A stretch of DNA of 64,000 bases, from assembly GCA_030054115.1 (NCBI GenBank), contig JASGCL010000002.1, forward strand, positions 23,374 through 87,373. The letters are read 5' to 3'. Below are positions 27,631 through 36,873 of the stretch, piece after piece (position 1 is the first letter of the stretch; every line of letters starts with the position of its first letter). The stretch is from Hydrotalea sp. Its GTDB lineage: Bacteria > Pseudomonadota > Alphaproteobacteria > JASGCL01. The notes under the pieces are model-generated. The model searched no databases, was not told the DNA's origin, and worked only from the letters and a program-made list of their open reading frames with translations. The position numbers and the translations under genes were made by a program.

Positions 27631-29787
27631 TTAACCAGCCTTGACCAGTTCGAGGGCGCGGTCTTTTTGATAAAGGGCGAGTAGGATTTGGTATTTTTCC
27701 AGCCCCAACAGATTGTTGGTGACAATATGGTCGGCCAATTGGTTGGCGGCCATCAATAATTCGTTGTGAAAAAACAAATCAAAGGCATAAAAATCGCCAA
27801 ACCCCGATTGTCGCAACCCGTAACGGTCGCCCATGCCGCGCCATTCCAAATCGCGCTCGGCCAGGTAAAAACCATCGTTATGTTCCTTGACCGCGGTCAG
27901 GCGTTTTTTCGCCCCGTCCGACAGCGGCGCGTGATAAAGCAAAAGGCAGTAGGCGCGGTTGTCGGCGTTTTTATCAAAAATTTGGTCGCGGCCCACCCGA
28001 CCGCGCAATTGGTGCAATTGCGTCAGGCCAAAATGTTCGGCATGGTCGATGATGATGATGGTGGCGCGCGGAATATCGATACCGCTTTCGATAACCGTGG
28101 TGGCGATAAGCAATTTGACGCGCCCCGATTTAAAATCATCGATGATTTTTTGCTTATCGCTGGATTTCATTTGGCCGTGAATCAGGGCGACCTCTTCCGC
28201 CGCAAAATAATTTTTGGCCAATTCATATCGTGCCTCGGCCGATGGCAGTGCCATGAAATCGCTATCCTCAATCAATGGGCACACCCAAAAAACCGACGCG
28301 CCGGCCGCGATTTGTTTTTTCAATCGCGCGATGACCTCGGCCAATCGGTCGTCGCTGACCATGGCGGTTTCGACGATTTGCCGGCCGGCCGGTTTTTCCT
28401 TGAGGGTAGAAAGGTCGAGGTCGCCAAATTGGATAAGGCTGAGGGTGCGCGGAATGGGCGTCGCGGTCATCAACAACATATCGGGCGGCGGCGCATCATC
28501 CCCTGAAAAAGATTTCTGGTAAAGGGCAAGCCGTTGCAACACGCCGAAACGTTGCTGTTCGTCAATCACCAGCAGGCGCAAATTGGCGAAGGCGACATCT
28601 TCCTGGATAATGGCGTGGGTGCCGATGACAATATGATAATCGCCATTTTTTATCATCGCCTTGCGCTCGTCCTTTTCTTTTTTGCTGAAACGACCGGTCA
28701 GCAAAACGCATTTAATGCCGAGCGGCTTCAACCACCGCTCGAAATTGCGATGATGTTGCTCGGCCAAAATTTCGGTCGGGGCGAGGAGCGCGGCCTGGAC
28801 GATTTCTTTATCGCCCGCCAACATCGATTTTTCAATCGTCCGCACCATGGCGTAAAGGGCTATCATCGTCTTACCACTACCGACATCGCCCATCAGCAAT
28901 CGGGTCATTTTTTTTAACGACGCAAAATCGCTTTCCAAATCCTTGATGACATTTTGTTGGTCGCTTGTGAGGGTAAATGGCAAATCGATTTTTTCAAACA
29001 ATGTGGCCTGCGGCAACAACCACGACCGCCGATTGGTCAGGGGTTGTTGCGCGGCGCGCGATTTTTTGATGGCGATTTGCCAAGCCAAAATCTCATCCAT
29101 CGCCAGCCGCAAACGGGGCAGGGCCTGGGGGAGCAGGTCATCGTCGCATTTTGGCTGGTGAATTTTTTGTAAGGCATCCCGCCAACTGGGCAGGTTGTGT
29201 TTTTTAATAACATCGTCCGGCAACCATTCGGGCAATGGCGGCACCAGGGCCAGGGCGGCGCGCATTGATTTTTGGATGACCTTTTGCGGCAGGTTTTGGC
29301 TCTTGGGGTAGATGGTCTCCACCATGGCGACCTCGGCCAGCCGTTTTATTGGCAGGGCGATGTCGGGGTGGCTGATTTGCCATTCGCCCTGGAACTCACC
29401 CAACAGGCCGCTGACCACCATTTCCGCGCCGGGCGGGTATTGTTTTTTTAACCATGCCCCCTGTTGAAAAAAAAATGTCAGGGTGACGGCGCGCAACCCA
29501 TCGGCCAGGTAAATTTTGTAGGGGCGATTTTTTTTAAAATTGGTTTCGGGCGCGGCATGGTGGGTAATTTTGCCGCGCACCACCACCGGCTGGCCGACCA
29601 AGTTACTATTCAAGTCGGATAATTTTTCGACCATTTTTCGTTCGATAATTTTTTGCGGGAATAATTTGGTCAACAGGTCGATAACCCGCGGCCCGGCCAG
29701 GCCGGCGATTAATGGGGCAAATGTCGGGCCCAGGCCGTGCAAATTGCCGACCGGTTGGAACAGGGGGTTAAGGATGGCGGGGCGCAT
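27631..29787 (-). CDS. recG: ATP-dependent DNA helicase RecG
   Basis: Wedge/OB N-terminal region, helicase motifs 'GDVGSGKT' and 'DEQQRFG'. 718 aa. Confidence 0.9.
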   Translation of the reverse strand: MRPAILNPLFQPVGNLHGLGPTFAPLIAGLAGPRVIDLLTKLFPQKIIERKMVEKLSDLNSNLVGQPVVVRGKITHHAAPETNFKKNRPYKIYLADGLRAVTLTFFFQQGAWLKKQYPPGAEMVVSGLLGEFQGEWQISHPDIALPIKRLAEVAMVETIYPKSQNLPQKVIQKSMRAALALVPPLPEWLPDDVIKKHNLPSWRDALQKIHQPKCDDDLLPQALPRLRLAMDEILAWQIAIKKSRAAQQPLTNRRSWLLPQATLFEKIDLPFTLTSDQQNVIKDLESDFASLKKMTRLLMGDVGSGKTMIALYAMVRTIEKSMLAGDKEIVQAALLAPTEILAEQHHRNFERWLKPLGIKCVLLTGRFSKKEKDERKAMIKNGDYHIVIGTHAIIQEDVAFANLRLLVIDEQQRFGVLQRLALYQKSFSGDDAPPPDMLLMTATPIPRTLSLIQFGDLDLSTLKEKPAGRQIVETAMVSDDRLAEVIARLKKQIAAGASVFWVCPLIEDSDFMALPSAEARYELAKNYFAAEEVALIHGQMKSSDKQKIIDDFKSGRVKLLIATTVIESGIDIPRATIIIIDHAEHFGLTQLHQLRGRVGRDQIFDKNADNRAYCLLLYHAPLSDGAKKRLTAVKEHNDGFYLAERDLEWRGMGDRYGLRQSGFGDFYAFDLFFHNELLMAANQLADHIVTNNLLGLEKYQILLALYQKDRALELVKAG

Positions 29788-29844
29788 GCGGCATTCGGCG
29801 GGTTTTTTTGGTTTTATTGACTTTTGCTCTGCGATGGATTATAA

Positions 29845-29937
29845 CATGAATCGTCCTGCTTTGGCAGGACTATGACGCTATCAAATCAAACGGCATAGAC
29901 GATCTGGACCCGAGGGCAGTACTCGGCACCTCCACCA
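29845..29937 (+). ncRNA. ssrA: tmRNA (ssrA), acceptor piece of a permuted two-piece tmRNA; 5' boundary approximate
   Basis: T-arm-like hairpin ccgag-ggcagta-ctcgg followed by the 3' acceptor strand CACCUCC-A-CCA (29927-29937). This pairs with GGGGGUG at 30019-30025 and gives the G3:U70 wobble typical of the alanine-accepting stem. Confidence 0.6.
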
Positions 29938-30018
29938 ATTCACAAGATTTTGCAAAAAAAATTGTGACGCTTGAAAAAAAATTGAAAAGTTATTTTTTAA
30001 GTTGGCGGCAAAAATTTT

Positions 30019-30262
30019 GGGGGTGACATAGGCTAGACAGGCGTAATAAAGGTTATGGTTTGCGTCCGGTATTGAGTTCGCCGCCCGTTAAGCAATTAGC
30101 GGGTTAAGAGAGCTTCAAAGGCTATAAATGCCAATGACAATGAAAGGGGTGTTGCCCTTGCCGCCTAGAGTGGTTTAGAGCACATCTCAAAATTCCTGGC
30201 GACTCATACTCGTTAGGTGGGGTCTTGAAGGGTTTCCCAGCAACAGAAACCCTTCTTTTTTC
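30019..30262 (+). ncRNA. ssrA: tmRNA (ssrA), coding piece of a permuted two-piece tmRNA, ending at an intrinsic terminator
   Basis: 5' GGGGGUGACAUAGGCUAGACAGG resembles the tmRNA 5' end. Tag reading frame GCC AAT GAC AAT GAA AGG GGT GTT GCC CTT GCC GCC TAG (30130-30168) encodes ANDNERGVALAA, a classic -ALAA tag. Hairpin plus T-run at 30228-30262. Confidence 0.65.
30228..30262 (+). terminator. Rho-independent terminator of ssrA coding piece
   Basis: gaagggtttc-ccagcaacag-aaacccttc followed by ttttttctgttttttt. Confidence 0.6.
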
Positions 30263-30326
30263 TGTTTTTTTCTGGCGATTTTCTTACCTTGCAATGGTGC
30301 GCGATAAATTTTATTGTCGGCGGGTA

Positions 30327-31523
30327 ATGAAAAAAACAATTGCACCAATGTTAAAAAAAGAAATAACCATTGCCATGATTGCCGGCGAGCCATCGGGCGA
30401 TGATTTGGGTGGCGCGGTGATGGTGGCGTTGCGCGCCGCCGTGCAAAAAAAATACCCAGGGGCGCGAATAAAATTTATCGGGGTTGGCGGGCAAAAAATG
30501 GCGGCGGCGGGGTTGGCGTCGCTGTTCCCGATGGAAAAAATTGCCAAGATGGGGCTGGCCGAATTATTGCCCCATTTGCCGGAATTGATTTATTTGTTGT
30601 GCAAAACCATCCGTTTTTTGCGCGCGCAATCACCCGACATGCTTATCACCATCGACATTCCCGATTTTAGCAAACGGGTGGCCAAGGCATTAAAAGACGG
30701 GCCATGCAAAAAAATTCATCTGGTCGCGCCAACCGTGTGGGCATGGCGTGCCAAGCGACGTTTTGCCTACGCAAAAATTTTTGATGAGCTGTTTTGTTTG
30801 TATCCGTTCGAGGCGCGGTATTTTGCCGACACCACGTTAAAAACCTTCACCATGGGCCACCCGCTGGTGGCGGAGGTCGCCCGCGCCAAGCAGGCACAGG
30901 AAGAATCCTCACCAAAAAAATCGCCGCCGCGCGTTTTGTTGTTGGCCGGGTCGCGGCGGCGAGAGGTGAAACACACCCTGCCGCTGTTAAAAAAATTTAT
31001 CAGTGATAATCGGTTTTTACCCGCCACCACCGACTATGTTTTTTACACCCAACCCCATCTGGTGGCGATGGTGAAAAAATCCCTGCAACAAGATTTTGTT
31101 GGTAGTGGCGCGCACCAGCCACAACCCAATATAAAAATTGTCAGCGATTATCGCGATAAATGGCGATGGTTTTTATCGGCCGATTTGGCATTGGTCTGCA
31201 TGGGCACGGCAACGTTGGAGGTTGCCCTGGCCGGTGCGCCGATGGTGGCGATTTACAAAACCGGTTGGTTGACGGTGTTTATTGTGCGGCGGTTGATAAA
31301 GGTCGCGACCATTTGCCTGCCCAATTTGTTGGCGGGCAAAAACATTGTGCCGGAGTTAATCCAAGAGGATTTAACCATGGGCAACCTCATCGCCACGGCG
31401 CAACGGCAATTTAACCTTGGCCGCGCGGGGGTGAGGAAAGATTATGACAAGGGGCTAAGAACCCTGCAAACCATTACCGACCCGGCCGGCCGTGCCGCGG
31501 CGGAGATTGTTAAATATCTTTGA
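30327..31523 (+). CDS. lpxB: Lipid-A-disaccharide synthase
   Basis: Start trimmed to 'MKKTIAPML...'. LpxB N-terminal motif 'IAMIAGEPSGDDLG'. ~398 aa. Confidence 0.85.
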   Translation: MKKTIAPMLKKEITIAMIAGEPSGDDLGGAVMVALRAAVQKKYPGARIKFIGVGGQKMAAAGLASLFPMEKIAKMGLAELLPHLPELIYLLCKTIRFLRAQSPDMLITIDIPDFSKRVAKALKDGPCKKIHLVAPTVWAWRAKRRFAYAKIFDELFCLYPFEARYFADTTLKTFTMGHPLVAEVARAKQAQEESSPKKSPPRVLLLAGSRRREVKHTLPLLKKFISDNRFLPATTDYVFYTQPHLVAMVKKSLQQDFVGSGAHQPQPNIKIVSDYRDKWRWFLSADLALVCMGTATLEVALAGAPMVAIYKTGWLTVFIVRRLIKVATICLPNLLAGKNIVPELIQEDLTMGNLIATAQRQFNLGRAGVRKDYDKGLRTLQTITDPAGRAAAEIVKYL

Positions 31524-31533
31524 GGTTTGGAAA

Positions 31534-33132
31534 TTATTTTCTCACCAACAATGATACGCCGGTCATGGCGGCGGGTTTGGCAATGCCGAGCAGGGTCAAC
31601 ATGGTCGGTGCAATATCGGCCAATTTGCCGCGCGGCGATAATTGGTAATTGCCCCATTGTTGTTGGTCACCAACCAACATGAATGGCACCAGGTTCAGGG
31701 TGTGGGCGGTGTTGGGTTGGTTGGTGGTTTTGTCAAACATTGTTTCGATATTGCCATGGTCGGCGGTGATAATCATGATGCCCTGTTGTTTTTCGATGGC
31801 GGTTTTCAATCGCGCCAAACATTCGTCCAGTTTTTCCAACGCCTTGACGGCGGGTGCCATCAGCCCCGAATGGCCGACCATGTCGGCGTTGGCGTAATTT
31901 AAAATTATCACATCGTGTTTTTTATGGTCGATGGAATCCAACACGGCCATGGTAACGGCCTCGGCCGACATCTCAGGTTGCAGGTCATAGGTCGCGACCT
32001 TCGGCGATGGGATTAAAATCCGGTCTTCCTTGGGGTATGGTTCCTCTCGCCCGCCGTTAAAGAAAAAAGTAACATGGGCGTATTTTTCGGTTTCGGCGAT
32101 TCGCAATTGGCGCAGGTCATGCGCCGCCACCACCGCGCCAAATGTTTCTTGGAATTGTTCTTTGGCGAACAGCACCGCCATTTTTTGCGACAGGTTTTTT
32201 GAATATTCGACCAAGCCGGCCATCATGTCGGGTTTGATAAATTTTTTATCGCCATTGTCGCGCGGGAAAAAATTAAAATCATCCTCAACCAATGAAGTGG
32301 AAAGTTGCCGCGCGCGGTCGGCGCGGAAATTCATAAACAACACCACGTCGCCGGCCTTCACCCCGTCGTAACCATCGATAATCGTCGGTTCGATAAATTC
32401 GTCGTTGATATTTTGTTGGTAAGAATGGTCAACCGCCGCCATAACATTATCGGCATGATTATCGGCCACCGCGTGGGCAATGGCGGCAAAGGCGCGGGCG
32501 GTGCGTTGCCAATTTTTATCGCGGTCCATGGCGAAATAACGACCGATAAGGGTGGCCGGTTTTACCAAGTCATTGATGGTTGGTGTTAAGGCCTGAAAAT
32601 CTTGCCAAAAACGCTTGGCCGATTGTGGCGCGGTGTCGCGCCCGTCGGTAATAAAATGAAGCCAACCCGAAATATGTTCCGCCGCCAACAAATTGGCGAC
32701 CTGGGCCATGTGGTCTTGGTAACCATGCACCCCGCCGCGCGACAACAAACCAATGACATGCACGCGCGATTTGTTTTGCCTTGCGGTGGCGATAAGTTCC
32801 TGCCACACTGGATTCTGTTGGAACGACCCATCGGCGAATCCTTGGCTAATCCGTGGTAATTCTTGCATCACGACGCGCCCCGCGCCGATATTCATATGCC
32901 CAACCTCGCTATTGCCCATCTGGCCATGGGGCAGGCCGACCAATTCTTCCGACGCGTCCAATTTCGCCATGGGATAGGTTTGCAATAATTGTCGCCAACA
33001 CGGCATCTTGGCCATGGCCACCGCATTGTCCGGTTGTTTTTCGGGCGCGTCGTCGCGCAGGCCGAAACCATCCAATATCACCAACAACAGCGGTGTATTT
33101 TTTGCTGGGGTTGTTGTCGCGTTACTTGCCAT
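31534..33132 (-). CDS. gpmI: 2,3-bisphosphoglycerate-independent phosphoglycerate mutase
   Basis: 'LLVILDGFG', 'GNSEVGHMNIGAGRV', 'ITADHGN' motifs. 532 aa. Confidence 0.9.
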   Translation of the reverse strand: MASNATTTPAKNTPLLLVILDGFGLRDDAPEKQPDNAVAMAKMPCWRQLLQTYPMAKLDASEELVGLPHGQMGNSEVGHMNIGAGRVVMQELPRISQGFADGSFQQNPVWQELIATARQNKSRVHVIGLLSRGGVHGYQDHMAQVANLLAAEHISGWLHFITDGRDTAPQSAKRFWQDFQALTPTINDLVKPATLIGRYFAMDRDKNWQRTARAFAAIAHAVADNHADNVMAAVDHSYQQNINDEFIEPTIIDGYDGVKAGDVVLFMNFRADRARQLSTSLVEDDFNFFPRDNGDKKFIKPDMMAGLVEYSKNLSQKMAVLFAKEQFQETFGAVVAAHDLRQLRIAETEKYAHVTFFFNGGREEPYPKEDRILIPSPKVATYDLQPEMSAEAVTMAVLDSIDHKKHDVIILNYANADMVGHSGLMAPAVKALEKLDECLARLKTAIEKQQGIMIITADHGNIETMFDKTTNQPNTAHTLNLVPFMLVGDQQQWGNYQLSPRGKLADIAPTMLTLLGIAKPAAMTGVSLLVRK

Positions 33133-33223
33133 TTTTTTGCTGGGTTGTTTTTGTTATTCCGCCTTATAGCGAAAAGCGGGTGGGTTTGCAAAAATTTTAC
33201 CGATTTTTTGCGATAAGTTTTTC

Positions 33224-33270
33224 TAGCCAAAACCTAGCCAAAACCTAGCCAAACCCCTAACCAAATCCTA
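33224..33270. repeat. Tandem 11-bp repeats (ctagccaaaac x3, then degenerate copies)
   Basis: ctagccaaaacctagccaaaacctagccaaacccctaaccaaatcctaa read directly. Overlaps the 3' end of the DUF59 gene. Confidence 0.6.
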
Positions 33271-33787
33271 AGGCCAATTTTGCGTCGGGCGACATCATGC
33301 TCATGTTCCAGGCGGGTTCCCAGGTTAATTTCACGCGCACCCGGCCCACACCGCCGATAACCGCCAAGGCCTCGGCCACTTGCCCCGGCATTTCGCCCGC
33401 CACCGGACATGCCGGCGCGGTCAGGGTCATCACCACATCAACATCGCCGTTTGGCGATTGGTTGAGTTCGTAGATAAGCCCGAGGTCAAATATATTAACC
33501 GGAATTTCGGGGTCAAAAACTTGGCGCAGGGCGTTTTCCATCGCCTCGCGCGTTGCAATTGGTTCGGCCGAATCCAACGCTTCGCCGACCACCACCTCGC
33601 GCCCCTCGGCAATGTCGGCGTTGCTCGGCATAATATCCAACACATCGCGTTTTAAATCATTGATATTGCCGCTGGTGGGCTCGGGGTTGGGCTTGGCTTG
33701 CGGCGCGCCATGCGATTTGTCCGGTGCGCCGTCTTGCGCCTCATCTTGCGGCGCGGTGCGTAATGGGTCGAGGGTTTTATTATTCAT
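33257..33787 (-). CDS. Fe-S cluster assembly protein, DUF59 / SufT-like
   Basis: 'VFDPEIPVNIFDLGLIYEL...LTAPACPVAGEM' is the conserved DUF59 (MIP18) signature. Last gene of the suf cluster. Confidence 0.75.
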   Translation of the reverse strand: MNNKTLDPLRTAPQDEAQDGAPDKSHGAPQAKPNPEPTSGNINDLKRDVLDIMPSNADIAEGREVVVGEALDSAEPIATREAMENALRQVFDPEIPVNIFDLGLIYELNQSPNGDVDVVMTLTAPACPVAGEMPGQVAEALAVIGGVGRVRVKLTWEPAWNMSMMSPDAKLALGFG

Positions 33788-33826
33788 GATGTTTTATAAG
33801 ATAGCGATGGTTACCATAATAAGAAA

Positions 33827-35110
33827 TTATAATTTTAGCACCTTGATGGCCTTATCAAAACTAGCAAAAAATTGTTCGACATCGTCCTCACCGCTGTAAA
33901 GCCCGAAACTAACCCGCGCCGACGCCGCAACCGCAGTATTTTTTTTCGCCGCAAGCAAGCTATGGAGCGGCATGGCGCAATGGTGGCCGGCGCGAATCGC
34001 CACGCCCGATTGGTCAAGCAAGGTGGCGACATCATGCGGGTGGGCACCCTTGATAAAAAATGCCACCAGGGGGCCGGATTCCTTCGGCGTCGCCAGCACA
34101 TCGACCATTTTGTATTTTGCCAAGCGGTCGCGCGTCATGGTCAGCAATTTTTTTTCATGGTGGTAAAGCTCAGGCAACGGCAGGGTGTTTAACCATTCGA
34201 TGGCGGCGCCGAGGCCGATAGCCTCCAAAATTGGTGGGGTGCCGGCCTCGAAACGGGTTGGCGGTTTGGCAAAGGTTGTTTTGTCAAACGCCACCGATTC
34301 TATCATATCGCCGCCGCCCAAAAATGGCGGTAATTTTTCCAACCATGCGGCGCGACCATAAAGCACACCGATGCCGGTCGGCGCGTATAATTTATGGCCG
34401 CTGAAAATAAAAAAATCACAACCGATATCCTGCACGTCGATTTTTTGGTGGCAAATACTTTGCGCGCCATCGACGATGGTCGGGATATTCAAGGCGCGGG
34501 CCGCCGCACAAATTTCCTTCACCGGGTTGATGGTGGCAATTACGTTCGAACATTGCGTGATACTCACCAACTTGACCGATGGCAAATGGCGATAGAAATC
34601 CTCCATATCCAAATTGCCATCATCGTCGATTTTTGCATAAATCAGCTCGACCCCGATTTCATCGCGCAACATTTGCCACGGCACCATATTGGCGTGGTGT
34701 TCCATCACCGACAACAAAATTTTATCGCCGCGTTTTAAAAAATGGCGACCAAAAGAATGGGCGAGCAGGTTAAAACCAAAGGTCGCACCGCCGGTGAAAA
34801 TAATTTCATCGGCGGTCGCGCCGATAAAACCGGCGACCAGGCCGCGTGCCTTTTCATATTCGCTTGTTATGGCTTCGGCAAAAAGATAAGCCCCGCGATG
34901 CACATTGCTGTAACAATGTTCCATCAGGTAAGATTGGCTTTGCATAACCGCCAAGGGTTTTTGCGCCGAGGCCGCGCTGTCGAGGTAACATAATCGCTTG
35001 CCACGAATTTTTTCTTGCAATATCGGGAATTGTTGGCGGATGTTATCGATGATGGCTTGCATGGTTATGGCGGACGTTACACCGGTTGATTGATAAGCGG
35101 TTGCAACCAC
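33827..35110 (-). CDS. sufS: Cysteine desulfurase, SufS subfamily
   Basis: PLP-enzyme motifs 'HHANMVPW', 'SGHKLYAPTGIGVLYG', C-terminal 'RAGHHCA'. 427 aa. Confidence 0.9.
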   Translation of the reverse strand: MVATAYQSTGVTSAITMQAIIDNIRQQFPILQEKIRGKRLCYLDSAASAQKPLAVMQSQSYLMEHCYSNVHRGAYLFAEAITSEYEKARGLVAGFIGATADEIIFTGGATFGFNLLAHSFGRHFLKRGDKILLSVMEHHANMVPWQMLRDEIGVELIYAKIDDDGNLDMEDFYRHLPSVKLVSITQCSNVIATINPVKEICAAARALNIPTIVDGAQSICHQKIDVQDIGCDFFIFSGHKLYAPTGIGVLYGRAAWLEKLPPFLGGGDMIESVAFDKTTFAKPPTRFEAGTPPILEAIGLGAAIEWLNTLPLPELYHHEKKLLTMTRDRLAKYKMVDVLATPKESGPLVAFFIKGAHPHDVATLLDQSGVAIRAGHHCAMPLHSLLAAKKNTAVAASARVSFGLYSGEDDVEQFFASFDKAIKVLKL

Positions 35111-36087
35111 TTGACCGCTTTTTTCAATAAATCCCCCGAAAAAAGATTCAAGCCGTTGATAAAAAAACTGCTGAGCAACAACCGCCGCGCCGTGGCATCG
35201 TCGATGCCGCGCGCCCGCAGGTAATAAATCTGGTTCTCATCCATCGCCCCGACCGACAGCCCGTGTTTTGCCTTGACCTTATCATGTTTGATATTTAATT
35301 CTGGTTTGCCAAAAAATTTTGCCTCGGGCGATAATATCATCGCCTTGATATCCTGGGTCGTGTCGGCGCCGGTGGCGTCTTGGGCAATGTCGGTGCGCAC
35401 CTGGCCAATCATGACCTCGCTGTCGTCGACGACGCCACGAATCGCAACGCGCGACAGGCTGTTGCCCGATTCATGAATAATATGAATCGTGCTGTCGGCA
35501 AATGGTTGCGGTGGTTGGCTGGTGGTTTTTGCGGGCAAGGCTAATTTTACGTGCGGTGTGGCTTCGTCGGCCTTACCCCCAACAAAGATATTAACACTCG
35601 CGCCATCGCCCTGCAGGCGGATGGTTTGTTGGCAACGCAGGGTGTTGTGCAGGTTAAAAAATGAAAAATGATTCAGCTGGCTATCCGCCGCCAGGCAACA
35701 GGTAAAATCGATAACGCCGATAAGCGGCGCAACATCGCCCGCGTCGTCTTGCCAAAAAACATTGGCCACCGATTTTTTACCCAAAGACAACATCAGGCGC
35801 AATGGGCTAATCGATGATATATCCAACGGCGTGATAAATATATCGGCTTGGGTATTGTCCGGCACGATAATATTATAATCATCATCCAGCTTGATATGGT
35901 TGTCGCCGTCGGTGATGGTTATTTTTTTGAAATCCGTGGTCGCGTGGCTGGCGGTTGCCGCCGCCAGGGATTTGATGGCGGGCAATAACCCCTGTCCGGC
36001 CTTCAGGGTTTTGTAAAAACTGATGCTGTCATCGCTCATGTCGGGCGGTGTCATTCTACCCGCGATGATTGGGTTGTTGTGTGTCAT
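35077..36087 (-). CDS. sufD: Fe-S cluster assembly protein SufD
   Basis: Position between sufC and sufS. Conserved SufB/D C-terminal beta-helix region ('GLSVGAMDENQIYYLRARGIDDATARRLL'). Start uncertain, track ORF overlaps sufC. Confidence 0.75.
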   Translation of the reverse strand: MTHNNPIIAGRMTPPDMSDDSISFYKTLKAGQGLLPAIKSLAAATASHATTDFKKITITDGDNHIKLDDDYNIIVPDNTQADIFITPLDISSISPLRLMLSLGKKSVANVFWQDDAGDVAPLIGVIDFTCCLAADSQLNHFSFFNLHNTLRCQQTIRLQGDGASVNIFVGGKADEATPHVKLALPAKTTSQPPQPFADSTIHIIHESGNSLSRVAIRGVVDDSEVMIGQVRTDIAQDATGADTTQDIKAMILSPEAKFFGKPELNIKHDKVKAKHGLSVGAMDENQIYYLRARGIDDATARRLLLSSFFINGLNLFSGDLLKKAVKWLQPLINQPV

Positions 36088-36088
36088 G

Positions 36089-36838
36089 CTAGAGGTATTG
36101 CCCATAACCGCTTTCTTCCAATTCTTTGGCTAAATTTTTATCGCCTTTTTTTACCATGCGCCCCTTGGCCAGCACCCACACCACATCGGGTTCGATATAA
36201 TCCAACAATCGCTGATAATGCGTGATAACTAAAAACGACCGATTGGCGTCGCGCAAGCTATTGACCGCTGACGCCACGGTTTTCATGGCGTCGATATCGA
36301 GGCCGGAATCGGTTTCGTCCAAAATCATCATCGTCGGGTCGAGCAAGAGCATCTGCAAGGCCTCGAATCTTTTTTTCTCGCCACCCGAAAAACTATCATT
36401 CACCGCCCGCATCAACATGGCGTCGGTTATTTGTAATTTTTCGGCCAGCGGGCGCAGGTGCTTAACAAAATCCATCGGCGACAATGGTTTTTCGCCGCGC
36501 GCTTGGCGCACGCCATTGACCGCGTGGCGTAAAAAAATCGATGACGACAGGCCGGGAATTTCGATAGGGTATTGAAAGGCCAAAAACACGCCGGCGCGGG
36601 CGCGTTCCTCGACCGCCATCGCCAGCAAATCCTGGCCTTTATACAATACCTCGCCGCTTAATAATTCATAGCCCGATTTGCCGGCTAGGATTTGCGCCAA
36701 CGTGCTTTTGCCCGAACCATTGGGGCCCATGATGGCATGCACCTGGCCGGCGGGAATCGTCAGGTCGATACCCTGCAAGATGGCGTCCTTGCCATCCTCC
36801 CTTTTGACTTTTAGGTTTTTGATTTCAAGTAAATTCAT
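36089..36838 (-). CDS. sufC: Fe-S cluster assembly ATPase SufC
   Basis: Walker A 'GPNGSGKST', ABC signature 'FSGGEKKR', Walker B 'ILDETDSGLD'. Confidence 0.9.
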   Translation of the reverse strand: MNLLEIKNLKVKREDGKDAILQGIDLTIPAGQVHAIMGPNGSGKSTLAQILAGKSGYELLSGEVLYKGQDLLAMAVEERARAGVFLAFQYPIEIPGLSSSIFLRHAVNGVRQARGEKPLSPMDFVKHLRPLAEKLQITDAMLMRAVNDSFSGGEKKRFEALQMLLLDPTMMILDETDSGLDIDAMKTVASAVNSLRDANRSFLVITHYQRLLDYIEPDVVWVLAKGRMVKKGDKNLAKELEESGYGQYL

Positions 36839-36873
36839 GTTTTTTGTCGCGGTTACCCTGGGATAAACCAGTG

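Noticed and set aside
30187-30393. Minus-strand 68-aa track ORF and the 5' extension of the lpxB track ORF (30225..30326)
   Set aside because: Both overlap the tmRNA coding piece and its terminator. lpxB is better started at the internal ATG (30327), just before the conserved IAMIAGEPSGD motif.
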